From an uncultured virus (IMG/VR IMGVR_UViG_3300021963_000098) (Duplodnaviria > Heunggongvirae > Uroviricota > Caudoviricetes): a DNA stretch of 64,000 nucleotides. The notes under the pieces were generated by a model. It saw nothing but the letters and a program-made list of their open reading frames with translations. It was not told the DNA's origin and searched no databases. Position 1 is the first letter of the stretch; every line of letters begins with the position of its first letter. The position numbers and the translations under genes are program-made. Shown here piece by piece: positions 29,470 to 38,550 of this stretch. The stretch is taken from IMG/VR virus record IMGVR_UViG_3300021963_000098; one strand, given 5' to 3'.

Positions 29470-32343
29470 ATGTCAAAAAAACTCATAACAAAATATCTAT
29501 TCACGCCTGGATCAGCAGGCTCGGGCACAGTGAAATTCACTTCAAAAGTTCCACTGGAACAGGTAGTGCTGATAACCAACACCACCAGGAATCAAGTTAT
29601 ATACAATGCATTTGACCCACTGCTGGGAGGTGTAGCATCTTACAATGGATCAGACACTTCAACATTTGTTAATACAATTGATGGTGTAACAACACTGACA
29701 CTGGCTGCTAATACCAACGCCATGCTGTCCACTGACAAGCTCCAGATCATTGTGGACGGTAAAGAGCTTGCTGTTCGCCCGTATGACTTTGGTACAGATG
29801 CAATTGAGCGTATGCGCACAGCAGATCCACAGTCGCTGATTGACGCTGACTTTGAATATGGACTACAGCCCACTAAGTGGCAAAACCTAGGCCTGGTACG
29901 TAACTATCCAGGCATCTATGAAATTCCAGGAACAGATCTAATCGTATCATCTATCACAAGCGATGGCGGCGCAAACAGCCTTATTTCAGCAACCACAGTA
30001 GATGCACATACCTTTGTTGCAGGCACACCAATAACCATGCAGGGATTGAATAGAACTATTGCAGGATACAGTCGTGCTGAAGGATCGTTCTTGGTAGCAG
30101 CCACTCCGGCTCCAACATCAAACACCTTTTCTTACTATGCCAAAGGTCAAGTAGGAACAGGAACCAGCGTCCTATTAACCGACACCGTACAGCTACGCAA
30201 AGGTGGATTCTACACTGGTTCAACCATTGCAACTCTTTCTTTAACATCTGATGGATTAACCCCATCAACTATCACTGTTTCAACAACAAGCAATCACGGT
30301 CTGACTCCAGGTACGCCGGTAGTAGTAGATATTACATCAGCCGGTACAGGCCACGAACAAGCCGAAGGACCATTCTATGTTGAACGTGTTATTAGTCCAA
30401 CCAGCTTTTCATACACTGCAAGACCAGCGGCAATTGTTTCCACCGCTACTACGCTAACAGGAAACGTCTACATACGATCTGACTCCTTCTTTATTCACAG
30501 ACCCTATGATGGTGGCGTGTTGATTTCATCAGGTGGACCATCATACGGCATGCAAGCAGTGCGTAGTTCTAAAAAATATTTTCGTTATCAGTCTGGTAAA
30601 GGCCTGTTGTTTACTACTGGTACGCTGTTTCGTCCAAACTATGATATACAGAGTGTCACAGCTTCAGCAACCACAATTGGATCTTCAATCACAGTGACCA
30701 CGGACGGAGTTGACCACGGGTTACAAGCCGGGGCACAGGTACGACTGGAAGGTATAACAACATCGGGCTACAACGGAACATACACTGTGTCGTCTGTTGT
30801 AGCAGACACAGTATTTGTTGTGCTGGCAACACAAGAACTGGGATCCACAACAGCATCATTAGCAATTGATCCCAAAATCTATGTCACAGGCTGGCACGGA
30901 TCAGTAGTGCGCCTGGGTATATTTGATGAACAAAACGGAATTTTCTGGGAACACGATGGACAAGAACTGTATGCAGTGGTAAGAAGTGCAACAACACAGA
31001 TTGCCGGACTTGGTGCAATCAATGCGGATTCAAATACATTGACTGGTACTAGTACTCGATTCCAGGATCAGCTCAAGGTAGGTGATGACATTGTGATTCG
31101 AGGAATGACACATACAGTGACATCAATTGCCAGCCAAACTTCTCTCACAGTAGCGCCAGATTACAGAGGTGCCACCAACGTGTCAGGAGTGCGTATGTGT
31201 ATAGTTCGTGACACGAGAATACCACGCACTCAGTTCAATAGAGACACCCTGGATGGTAATGGGCCTACAGGATTCAATCTAGATCTCAACAAAATGCAGA
31301 TGATGGGTATTCAATATACCTGGTACGGAGCTGGTTTTATTGATTTCATGGCTCGCGGAGTAGACGGCAATTTTGTCATAGCACACAGAATCAAAAACAA
31401 CAACGTGAACAATGAAGCGTACATGCGTTCAGGTAACTTGCCAGCACGTTATACTGTTATCAATGAAGGATTTGTTTCACGTTTGGCCAGCGCAATTTCT
31501 GCCAGTGATACTTCATTGACACTAGTAGACGCATCTCGATATCCCACAAGCGGTATGATCTATGTTGACAATGAATTGATTTCTTTCTCAGGTCGCACAG
31601 GTAACACATTGACTGGGCTAACAAGAGCAGCCACGTTGTCTCAATTTTCAGGTGGATCTCAACGCAACTTCACAGCTGCCGTAGCCAGCATCCATGCAAC
31701 AGATGCCGGAGTACTTTTGATAAGTGTTACATGCAGTCCAACACTCAGCCACTGGGGTAGTGCAGTGATCATGGACGGAAAATTTGACACTGATCGCGGA
31801 TATCTTTTCAATTATCAAAGGCTGAATATTGCTGCCACAACAACTAACCAAACAGCCTTTATGATTCGTTTGGCACCCAGTGTGTCCAATGCGATTGTGG
31901 GTGATCTTGGTGCAAGAGACTTGCTGAATCGATCTCAGCTGTTGCTGGAACAGATTGAAATTACCACAGCGTCAGCAACACCTATTGTGGTAGAAGCGGT
32001 ATTGAATCCGCAGAATTATCCTGTGATCCCAACCAACGTGACTTGGACTGCACTCACTCCATTAAGTCAAGGCGGACAGCCAAGCCTAGCACAGGTTTCA
32101 ACCGCAGTTGTCTGGCCGGTAGGTACGTTTGCGCTGCCAGGGGAACAAGTATTCTCGTTCGTATCAGCGGGTTCGGATACAAAGGTGTTGGACCTAGGCA
32201 AGCTAAAAGAACTTACAGCAACTACAATTGGTGGCCGTGGCGCTTTTCCTAATGGCCCAGACGTACTGGCAATTAACATTCGTACAGTAAGCGGTACCTC
32301 TACAGCGCAGGTTGTGTTGCGTTGGGCTGAAACACAGGCCTAA
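29470..32343 (+). CDS. Large virion structural protein
   Basis: PQSLIDADFEYGLQPTKW, YFRYQSGKG, YMRSGNLPARY motifs; HG(L/F)..G repeats. Confidence 0.7.
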   Translation: MSKKLITKYLFTPGSAGSGTVKFTSKVPLEQVVLITNTTRNQVIYNAFDPLLGGVASYNGSDTSTFVNTIDGVTTLTLAANTNAMLSTDKLQIIVDGKELAVRPYDFGTDAIERMRTADPQSLIDADFEYGLQPTKWQNLGLVRNYPGIYEIPGTDLIVSSITSDGGANSLISATTVDAHTFVAGTPITMQGLNRTIAGYSRAEGSFLVAATPAPTSNTFSYYAKGQVGTGTSVLLTDTVQLRKGGFYTGSTIATLSLTSDGLTPSTITVSTTSNHGLTPGTPVVVDITSAGTGHEQAEGPFYVERVISPTSFSYTARPAAIVSTATTLTGNVYIRSDSFFIHRPYDGGVLISSGGPSYGMQAVRSSKKYFRYQSGKGLLFTTGTLFRPNYDIQSVTASATTIGSSITVTTDGVDHGLQAGAQVRLEGITTSGYNGTYTVSSVVADTVFVVLATQELGSTTASLAIDPKIYVTGWHGSVVRLGIFDEQNGIFWEHDGQELYAVVRSATTQIAGLGAINADSNTLTGTSTRFQDQLKVGDDIVIRGMTHTVTSIASQTSLTVAPDYRGATNVSGVRMCIVRDTRIPRTQFNRDTLDGNGPTGFNLDLNKMQMMGIQYTWYGAGFIDFMARGVDGNFVIAHRIKNNNVNNEAYMRSGNLPARYTVINEGFVSRLASAISASDTSLTLVDASRYPTSGMIYVDNELISFSGRTGNTLTGLTRAATLSQFSGGSQRNFTAAVASIHATDAGVLLISVTCSPTLSHWGSAVIMDGKFDTDRGYLFNYQRLNIAATTTNQTAFMIRLAPSVSNAIVGDLGARDLLNRSQLLLEQIEITTASATPIVVEAVLNPQNYPVIPTNVTWTALTPLSQGGQPSLAQVSTAVVWPVGTFALPGEQVFSFVSAGSDTKVLDLGKLKELTATTIGGRGAFPNGPDVLAINIRTVSGTSTAQVVLRWAETQA

Positions 32344-32366
32344 AGCAAGTAGGCATAATTAACATT

Positions 32367-32876
32367 ATGTCTACACTTAAAGAACTCACCCAAGAAAATC
32401 ACCGCAAGGCAGAACGCTCTGCCTTTGTTGGTGCCATGATGAAAAATCAGCTTACTCCAAATCAATGGACACGCTATTTGGCCTGGAAACGCGACATACT
32501 GCTTTTTCTTGATGCCAAATTAAACCTAAACAGCAAACACCCGGAATTTGATCGCACTCAACAATTTGAAAAAGATATAATAGATACTGATGGTGGCGAT
32601 TCGGAATTACATGCAACACATGACTATATTGAGCACATCAACAGCAATCTTAAAGACGCCTGGGCTCATGTGTATGTGCATTACCTTGGGGATCTTCGCG
32701 GAGGACAAATGCTGAAGAAAATTGTCAAACTGCCAATGAGTCATGTTGAGTATACCGATGCAGAAGGACTTGAAGCAATTATCAGATCGCATCTGACCGA
32801 TGACTTGGTTGATGAAGCTAATAAAGGTTTTGAATTGACCATGCAGGCCATGGAAGAGATAATGACTCATGAGTAA
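32367..32876 (+). CDS. hemO: Heme oxygenase
   Basis: LKELT...H.KAE (proximal His) and AHVYVHYLGDLRGGQ distal helix motif. Confidence 0.92.
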   Translation: MSTLKELTQENHRKAERSAFVGAMMKNQLTPNQWTRYLAWKRDILLFLDAKLNLNSKHPEFDRTQQFEKDIIDTDGGDSELHATHDYIEHINSNLKDAWAHVYVHYLGDLRGGQMLKKIVKLPMSHVEYTDAEGLEAIIRSHLTDDLVDEANKGFELTMQAMEEIMTHE

Positions 32877-33540
32877 AGTATGGAACACCATGCTTGAGTT
32901 GCAAGCAAACATAGAACAGCAACTGAACAAGATTGGAAATCCGGTAGATGAAGGCCACACGTTTGATTGGCCAAACCATGTATGGGATTCGCCTGTGTTT
33001 AGAAGAGCACACCTTGACGCAGTTGATGCACGTGATACCAAGGGTCTCTACATGTTACACGTCACCGTGTTCCCACACGTCATTGACCCCAGTCCTATAT
33101 TTGGATTTGACATCATCTGTGGCGAACGCAAAATAACTGGATGTTTTCATGATTTCAGCGCCAGCGCAGACAAAGAACATGCAATGATGACTTGGTTTCA
33201 AGATTATGCCAAACAATTTGCGTGGCGCAAGGAACGTGAGTTACCAGAGTGGGCCAAGCGCATATTCAGCCCAGGAATGATTGCTGCCGGTAATGTCAGC
33301 GATGAATTGGAAATAGATCAGATATTACAGATTGTATCTACTACTCTGCCTTGGTATTTGGATAATGTTGGAAAAACACGCGGCCAAGGTAATCCACGAG
33401 AAATACTAGAAGCACAAAATTATTACTGCAACAATCAACGACAGAATCCACACACTCCTCGTGTGATGCAAAGTCTAGGTTTTGATGAGAACACTGTTTA
33501 TCGATTCATAAACGATTGTCTGTTTCCTGATTTAGTATAA
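32869..33540 (+). CDS. pcyX: Ferredoxin-dependent bilin reductase, PcyX/PcyA family
   Basis: FRRAHL...LHVTVFP....PIFGFDI...KITGCFHDFS, RELPEWA..IFS, QNYYC.NQ.QNPHT; overlaps the heme oxygenase gene. Confidence 0.8.
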   Translation: MSKVWNTMLELQANIEQQLNKIGNPVDEGHTFDWPNHVWDSPVFRRAHLDAVDARDTKGLYMLHVTVFPHVIDPSPIFGFDIICGERKITGCFHDFSASADKEHAMMTWFQDYAKQFAWRKERELPEWAKRIFSPGMIAAGNVSDELEIDQILQIVSTTLPWYLDNVGKTRGQGNPREILEAQNYYCNNQRQNPHTPRVMQSLGFDENTVYRFINDCLFPDLV

Positions 33541-33913
33541 GCGCGGCAAACTTGTTGTGCCATATGATAAGCCTGCGTCGCTGACTAGCACTGCTTTCTC
33601 TATATACAGGATCTTCGGCTAACGTCTGCAATAGTTTGATATCCTCTAGGCAACACCATCGCAACAGCCGATTAAATTCTCGATCTTCTCTTACTGCCTT
33701 GATGATAGGATGATCCCATTGATCTCGGTTGGCAAGATGTCTAGATTCCAAATACCAACGCTCTATCCAACTGATATTGTCCTTGTATGTTTTTTTCAAC
33801 ATAGGATTGATCAGTCTTTTATCCCAGCAGTGATACAAATCTACGCCCCGCTTGGTTACAGGTGCCTTGGGTGTTTTGGGAAAAACAATTATTTCAGCTT
33901 CAGTCGTTGACAT
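33506..33913 (-). CDS. Hypothetical protein
   Basis: 135-aa ORF, last gene of the minus-strand operon; converges on pcyX with 35-bp overlap. Confidence 0.6.
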   Translation of the reverse strand: MSTTEAEIIVFPKTPKAPVTKRGVDLYHCWDKRLINPMLKKTYKDNISWIERWYLESRHLANRDQWDHPIIKAVREDREFNRLLRWCCLEDIKLLQTLAEDPVYRESSASQRRRLIIWHNKFAALILNQETDNRL

Positions 33914-34388
33914 GTTGATCTAGCCATTTCTCCATGTTGACCAACTTGCTCATGAAACTGCTATTCTGCACCAGCTGTTTGCTTTTGTGATGCAGTGGTT
34001 TTGGTTGTATACCAAGCGGTAACCAACAGTAACCATCGCTTTCATGATCCAGCACAGGAAGGAATTCTTTTTCTACCACCAAGCAAAAGGTGTCGTAGAT
34101 GAACTTCTTGTCTTTGCTAACGTATCTATGTAATGGTACGATTTTGTTCCATTCGGTTATGCCTGTTTCTTCTTGACACTCTCTAAGTAGCGTATCTCTG
34201 GGACTTTCTTTCGGATTACTGCGGCCACCCCATAGACCCCAAGTGCCGCTCCACTTTTCTTCTGTGCTACGCAACTGCCAGCAGTATCTGTGCGTGTCTA
34301 GTGCATAGATCAAGCCGCCAGCGGCTCGGGTTATACCAGCAGGCGCCAGTATCCCGGTTGAAATATTCCCTCGTAACTCAGTATCCAT
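33900..34388 (-). CDS. Nudix hydrolase
   Basis: Nudix box WGLWGG....ES......RECQEETG; start uncertain. Confidence 0.85.
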   Translation of the reverse strand: MDTELRGNISTGILAPAGITRAAGGLIYALDTHRYCWQLRSTEEKWSGTWGLWGGRSNPKESPRDTLLRECQEETGITEWNKIVPLHRYVSKDKKFIYDTFCLVVEKEFLPVLDHESDGYCWLPLGIQPKPLHHKSKQLVQNSSFMSKLVNMEKWLDQHVND

Positions 34389-35677
34389 TGTCCGTCCATG
34401 AAAGCTAATTGCTGATTGCTTGCAATATTTAATACATATTCAACTGCGGTAGAAGCAGCCGCATCAAAACTCACTACCCAGGCGCTGCCGTTGTATTCAA
34501 TGATGTCTTCAGGGTTGGCAACAAGTCCGCCCCATGCAGGTATCTCAGCAGGTGATGACACAACTATGTATCGTTGTCCTACTGCTGCCGCAGGCAAACC
34601 ACTGCCTGGCGCCGCACGTGTTGGATCTATAACACCGTCAATGGCCGCACGTGTGTTAGACGGCAAACTGTCCTGGTCAATGTCAACCAACAGTTTGTTT
34701 GGATCTGTAGGATGCGATGACAAGATGCCAATGTACTCACCGCCCCACACACCAGGACGATCTTGTCGATTAACACGTACTTGGCTGATGCCTTCTCTTA
34801 GTCCACCGTACGATTCTAAAAATTTATTCCAAAGCAACAGATCGCCGCCTGCTGAATTTTTTAGATCTCTAGTGAGCAAGGTAAGTTCACCATTGGCCAG
34901 TCGAAGAGCACGTTCAGGATCTGTGACACTTTGCCACTTGGATTGAACGTCGCTGATATAGGTGTCATCTAGCAGTTGATTAAGTTCGTCTTGGTCGCCA
35001 GCACGAATGGTGTTGATCACGTTGTAGATCAACTGCTGGCGTTGTACCATTGCAGGAGGATTGATAAAGATAGGCAAGTTGAATATCATGCTGGCCACAT
35101 CCAACACATCATCTGTTCCTGTAGGCACTTGTCGCACACTCCACACTGTGTTAATCAGTTCCACAAAGTTCATGCGACTCCAGTCAAACACGTTGTCGTT
35201 GTTGCGCAGGTCCAATGAAGGATTAAACAGCACCAATATCTGTTCCATCAGCTGTAACTTTTGATCAGTGTTTGATGTCCATACGTCTACCTGTACGTTT
35301 AGGTCATATGGCACCGGCATGTGGCGTTTGATAGTATATGTCTGTCCCATTTGGTCTAAGAATTGACCGCTGGCAGCATCATACTGTTTTTCATACACCT
35401 GAACTTGATCCGTATGCGTGGGATTGAGTCTGCGTTCAGGTGAAGGCAATAGCTCTGTGATATACACAGCAATGAAGGGCACAGTATTCATTGTGTTGTC
35501 GCTGTTGTTCTTCAAGATGTGTGCAGCCATACGATTTATATCACCGTATCGAACAGGGACCTTTTGATATATGTCTAATCCGTTTTCATCTTTGCCCATC
35601 TTCACGCTGAAGCCTGCAAAGAATCGCATGAACTGTTGTAGGTAACGACGTATTTGGCGATCGTAGAAATAATTGAT
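34331..35677 (-). CDS. Tail terminator/sheath stabiliser (T4 gp15-like) with C-terminal extension; probable non-AUG start
   Basis: KVPVRYG, MPVPY.L...VD.W....DQ.LQ.MEQIL..FNP; frame open upstream of ATG 35629 encoding INYFYDRQIRRYLQQF, resembling the T4 gp15 N-terminus. Confidence 0.8.
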   Translation of the reverse strand: MNYFYDRQIRRYLQQFMRFFAGFSVKMGKDENGLDIYQKVPVRYGDINRMAAHILKNNSDNTMNTVPFIAVYITELLPSPERRLNPTHTDQVQVYEKQYDAASGQFLDQMGQTYTIKRHMPVPYDLNVQVDVWTSNTDQKLQLMEQILVLFNPSLDLRNNDNVFDWSRMNFVELINTVWSVRQVPTGTDDVLDVASMIFNLPIFINPPAMVQRQQLIYNVINTIRAGDQDELNQLLDDTYISDVQSKWQSVTDPERALRLANGELTLLTRDLKNSAGGDLLLWNKFLESYGGLREGISQVRVNRQDRPGVWGGEYIGILSSHPTDPNKLLVDIDQDSLPSNTRAAIDGVIDPTRAAPGSGLPAAAVGQRYIVVSSPAEIPAWGGLVANPEDIIEYNGSAWVVSFDAAASTAVEYVLNIASNQQLAFMDGQWILSYEGIFQPGYWRLLV

Positions 35678-35685
35678 GGTGATAT

Positions 35686-35711
35686 CAGCGGTTTTAGACC
35701 GCTGCCTCCTT
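35686..35711 (-). promoter_or_regulatory. SD (AAGGAGG) plus perfect 7-bp hairpin upstream of the gp15-like gene
   Basis: Minus strand AAGGAGG-CAGCGGT-CTAAA-ACCGCTG. Confidence 0.7.
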
Positions 35712-36242
35712 GTTTAACCAAACACGCTTACCATCAATGACTTTCCAGGTTTTACCTCCGGATGTCCGTCTATTGACTTCTTTCATGATGTCTTTCTTTT
35801 TTTGCTTCTGTTCTTCATTTAATACCCATTGGTTCTTTTTACCTTTATGAGAAGGTTCTTTGTGCTTTTCAATGCCGCTATTTTGTTCTCTACGTCTGGC
35901 ATGGGCATCGCGCTGTGCTTGACTCATACGCTTTTTACTTTCCTCTGAATGTAGTTTATTTCCACCAGCCTGTCTGATGTTGAATCCATTTTGGTATACA
36001 TCGTATTTTATAGCGTACATTTCTTCAAGGGTATTTAATTCGTCTAGTGTGTTGGCTTGGTCAAGCACCTCAAAAATAAAAGAGTCAATTCCATATTTGC
36101 GTATTGCACTATGCAAATGATATCCCTTCTGAGGATTTCTGCTTGCAGAAATGTGCTCAAGTCTTCTTACATTGGGATCTTGTATAGTTTGCCCAATGTA
36201 ACACTTGCCCGTAACAATGTGAGTAAATTTGTAAATGAACAT
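35694..36242 (-). mobile_element. Free-standing GIY-YIG homing endonuclease with NUMOD3-like motif
   Basis: FIYKF...GKCYIGQT....RR.EH; HSEESKKRMS; sits between gp14-like and gp15-like genes. Confidence 0.9.
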
Positions 36243-37303
36243 TAGAAGTCTGTCCTTGGTTTAACTACACCGCTGATTGGTTGTCTTGTTGGATAGGCCT
36301 GGCCGTCAATGTTGACGCCCTGGGTATCATTGTTGATAAAGCCACCTGCATTTACTGAGCGTGCCACTACATCTGTTCTTGTTGGGAATACATTATCATA
36401 CAATCTTGCCCAACGTCCGCCGCGGTACACAAACAAGCGGTTTGGCAAGAAGTCAGTTCGTATAAACATTTCACCCTGTTGCGGATTGTTTGGAAATATA
36501 ACACCGCTAGCAATTGGTGCGCCGTAGTACTGTTCAAAGTCGTTGGCATCAGCTGGGCCATTTGGATCAGGCGGATTTTCATAGTTGAACAGTGACCCGA
36601 CATCTGGATACATGTCGGGTACTTCTTGTGTTGCGGCCTCAACGATTGCATCAGAAATTTCTTTTTCTTTGACATAGGTGCTGATTTGATTTTTCAAGCT
36701 GTCAGGGTCAGCTGCCTGTCCAAGTATGTCTTTGTATTCTTGTGCGTCGGTCAACGGAGCCGCTTTCACACGCCACAAGTGTGGCCACCAAGTTTGTGAG
36801 TAGCCTTCTGCTGCCTTGCTGGCATCTTGTACCACATACCACTTGTTGATAGCAGGAGCATTGGGATCAAGCAAGGTGTCGTCGCGCTGATGAGGAACTT
36901 CAAACACGTCACCTGCCATGATTTTGCGACCCAGTCGTTCGATCATGTCATTTAGATGGAACGTGATAAACAGCACATCGGTATTGATGAACAGACCAAA
37001 TTGTGTTAGATCAAAATCGTTGTCGCCTACATTGTATACACCGCGAAGATCGTAGATGTCTTTGTCGTACTTGCGATCTCGGTTTTCCAGGAACAGCAGA
37101 TCCTGTATTTTTGTTTCATTGAACACATCATCGGCTTGATAGTTGGGCTGGGTCGGATCACCTGTTTCTCCCTGCGGATCAGGACCAATGTATTTGTGTA
37201 TCAAGATGGATGTTCCGCCAACCATGAACTGCTCTTTGATCGTGCGATCAATGAACTTGTAATCGTTGGTCTTATCTTTGCGCCAAAGGCTTAAACGTGG
37301 CAT
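36242..37303 (-). CDS. Neck/head-closure protein (T4 gp14-like)
   Basis: IQDLLFLENRDRKYD, FDLTQFGLF, GDVFEVPH; late promoter and GAGG RBS; synteny with gp15-like. Confidence 0.65.
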   Translation of the reverse strand: MPRLSLWRKDKTNDYKFIDRTIKEQFMVGGTSILIHKYIGPDPQGETGDPTQPNYQADDVFNETKIQDLLFLENRDRKYDKDIYDLRGVYNVGDNDFDLTQFGLFINTDVLFITFHLNDMIERLGRKIMAGDVFEVPHQRDDTLLDPNAPAINKWYVVQDASKAAEGYSQTWWPHLWRVKAAPLTDAQEYKDILGQAADPDSLKNQISTYVKEKEISDAIVEAATQEVPDMYPDVGSLFNYENPPDPNGPADANDFEQYYGAPIASGVIFPNNPQQGEMFIRTDFLPNRLFVYRGGRWARLYDNVFPTRTDVVARSVNAGGFINNDTQGVNIDGQAYPTRQPISGVVKPRTDF

Positions 37304-37352
37304 TATGGGTTCCTCACAGTATATTTATGGTACCAGCCACACAGCTGAGACC

Positions 37353-37370
37353 TGTTGCAAAAATACAACA
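37353..37370. promoter_or_regulatory. 18-bp palindromic operator-like motif, copy 1
   Basis: TGTTGCAAAAATACAACA; also at 37728-37745 (reverse) and 54971-54988. Confidence 0.7.
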
Positions 37371-37389
37371 CAAAAATACAGGAAAACGG

Positions 37390-37418
37390 TTGACGCCCAT
37401 GCTCGTTTCATGCATAAT
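37390..37418 (+). promoter_or_regulatory. Sigma70-type early promoter
   Basis: TTGACG-N17-CATAAT with upstream A-tracts. Confidence 0.85.
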
Positions 37419-37448
37419 ACAAACACTAGGCAAACAAAGGAGTCACAC

Positions 37449-37709
37449 ATGTCACAAGCTATTGCAAAGCTACAGCAAGTTAAAACTTGGAGCGGCAAAA
37501 AAACAGATCGTTTTGAGCTCAAAATTGGACTTGTAACAGACAACACGTCAAATAAAATTGTGCAAGTGTTAACCACTCGCTCAGTGTTAGATGATGTAGA
37601 GGTAAAATTAGCTATAAAGCAAGCTCTTCAAGACTTGCGCATGCAGAATATAGTGCTAGTAGACAGCCCTGCTACTAAAGCATTTGCTAAAGCACAAAAA
37701 ATCCAATAA
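37449..37709 (+). CDS. Early hypothetical protein (86 aa)
   Basis: AAGGAG RBS then ATG 37449 downstream of the promoter. Confidence 0.7.
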   Translation: MSQAIAKLQQVKTWSGKKTDRFELKIGLVTDNTSNKIVQVLTTRSVLDDVEVKLAIKQALQDLRMQNIVLVDSPATKAFAKAQKIQ

Positions 37710-37722
37710 AAACAACAACTTA

Positions 37723-37750
37723 GCGGGTGTTGTATTTTTGCAACACCCGC
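37723..37750. promoter_or_regulatory. Extended palindrome containing operator-like motif copy 2
   Basis: GCGGGTGTTG-TATTTTTG-CAACACCCGC. Confidence 0.7.
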
Positions 37751-37780
37751 AAAAGATCCCAAAAAAGTGGAAAAAAGTGG

Positions 37781-37809
37781 TTGACAGAGAGCCCGTTTTG
37801 TAGCATAAT
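37781..37809 (+). promoter_or_regulatory. Sigma70-type early promoter
   Basis: TTGACA-N17-CATAAT with phased A-tracts upstream. Confidence 0.88.
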
Positions 37810-37839
37810 ATGGGTATGATGAACGATAAGGAGCCAACG

Positions 37840-38232
37840 ATGAGCCAGTACACATTTGATGCAGACATTGTGTCTGATTTGCACAAGGATGCATATGGCT
37901 TTCGCCCCCGCGAGGGTTTTTGGAATCACTGGAACTTGTCTACTATGGACGAGAAGCAGGCTATCTGGGATGGCTTACTCCGTGCCCTCAAGGCTTCCAT
38001 TAAGGAAGAAGAAGCCCGTGAGGCTGTCGCGGTTGCGCAGTTTGAGTCGCAGGTTGCTAAAAACATCGAGCTGGGTGCGCCCAGCCGCGAAGTGGCTGTG
38101 CGTTGGATCGTTGACAGCCTGGACCTTACCGAACATGACCTTATGTACGGTGGTTCCTACATTTGCTTTGAGCTGGGCCTTCCCTACCGCATGCAAGCTG
38201 AATTTGATGCCATCCTTAAGGAGATTGCATAA
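37840..38232 (+). CDS. Early phage hypothetical protein
   Basis: AAGGAG RBS; SDLHKDAYGFRPR motif. Confidence 0.75.
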   Translation: MSQYTFDADIVSDLHKDAYGFRPREGFWNHWNLSTMDEKQAIWDGLLRALKASIKEEEAREAVAVAQFESQVAKNIELGAPSREVAVRWIVDSLDLTEHDLMYGGSYICFELGLPYRMQAEFDAILKEIA

Positions 38233-38498
38233 TGAAGACACCACAAGTTCCAGCCCTGGCTGGCATGACCCCAATGGGTTTCAAAGACACTCGTCCATTT
38301 GATCGTGAACGTCACGGCGGCCTCTACGATCGCGGATCAGCAGACAGCTACTATCGTCGCGGCCCAGCCCCACACTGGTACCCAAACGGTACCGGACATG
38401 GTGAGCGCATTGTGAACCTTACACCGGAAGAGGTTGCTGAATATATGGCTGGTTATGAAAATAACGAGCGCAACGGGGATTTCAAAGACTGGGGTTGA
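38232..38498 (+). CDS. Early phage hypothetical protein
   Basis: TAATG coupling; HGGLYDRGSADSYY. Confidence 0.75.
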   Translation: MKTPQVPALAGMTPMGFKDTRPFDRERHGGLYDRGSADSYYRRGPAPHWYPNGTGHGERIVNLTPEEVAEYMAGYENNERNGDFKDWG

Positions 38499-38523
38499 CC
38501 TAAAGTTGGGCCTCTTGTATAAT
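38495..38523 (+). promoter_or_regulatory. Sigma70-type early promoter
   Basis: TTGACC-N17-TATAAT. Confidence 0.88.
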
Positions 38524-38550
38524 TACACATTGAACACATAAGGAGCCAAC

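Noticed and set aside
3262..32279. Many antisense and alternate-frame ORFs in the track (e.g. 3262-3870, 4718-5245, 24709-25272, 28038-28565)
   Set aside because: Shadow frames of Thr/Gly/Ala-rich real genes, lacking RBS or motifs
34328..34388. Second non-AUG start (ATA overlapping the gp15-like TAA) for the Nudix gene
   Set aside because: An in-frame ATG exists at 34388; cannot be discriminated from sequence alone
35686..35711. T4 gene 60-like ribosomal hop or RF2-like +1 frameshift at GTC-TAA
   Set aside because: No matching in-frame GTC landing codon, poor re-pairing on TCT, and the product would fuse a nuclease to the tail terminator
35678..36239. Group I intron hosting the GIY-YIG gene (joining ATGT to ATATCACC after ...CGCTG would be in frame)
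   Set aside because: The ORF fills almost the whole interval and I see no P7/R/S core; the in-frame join could be chance. RT-PCR would settle it.
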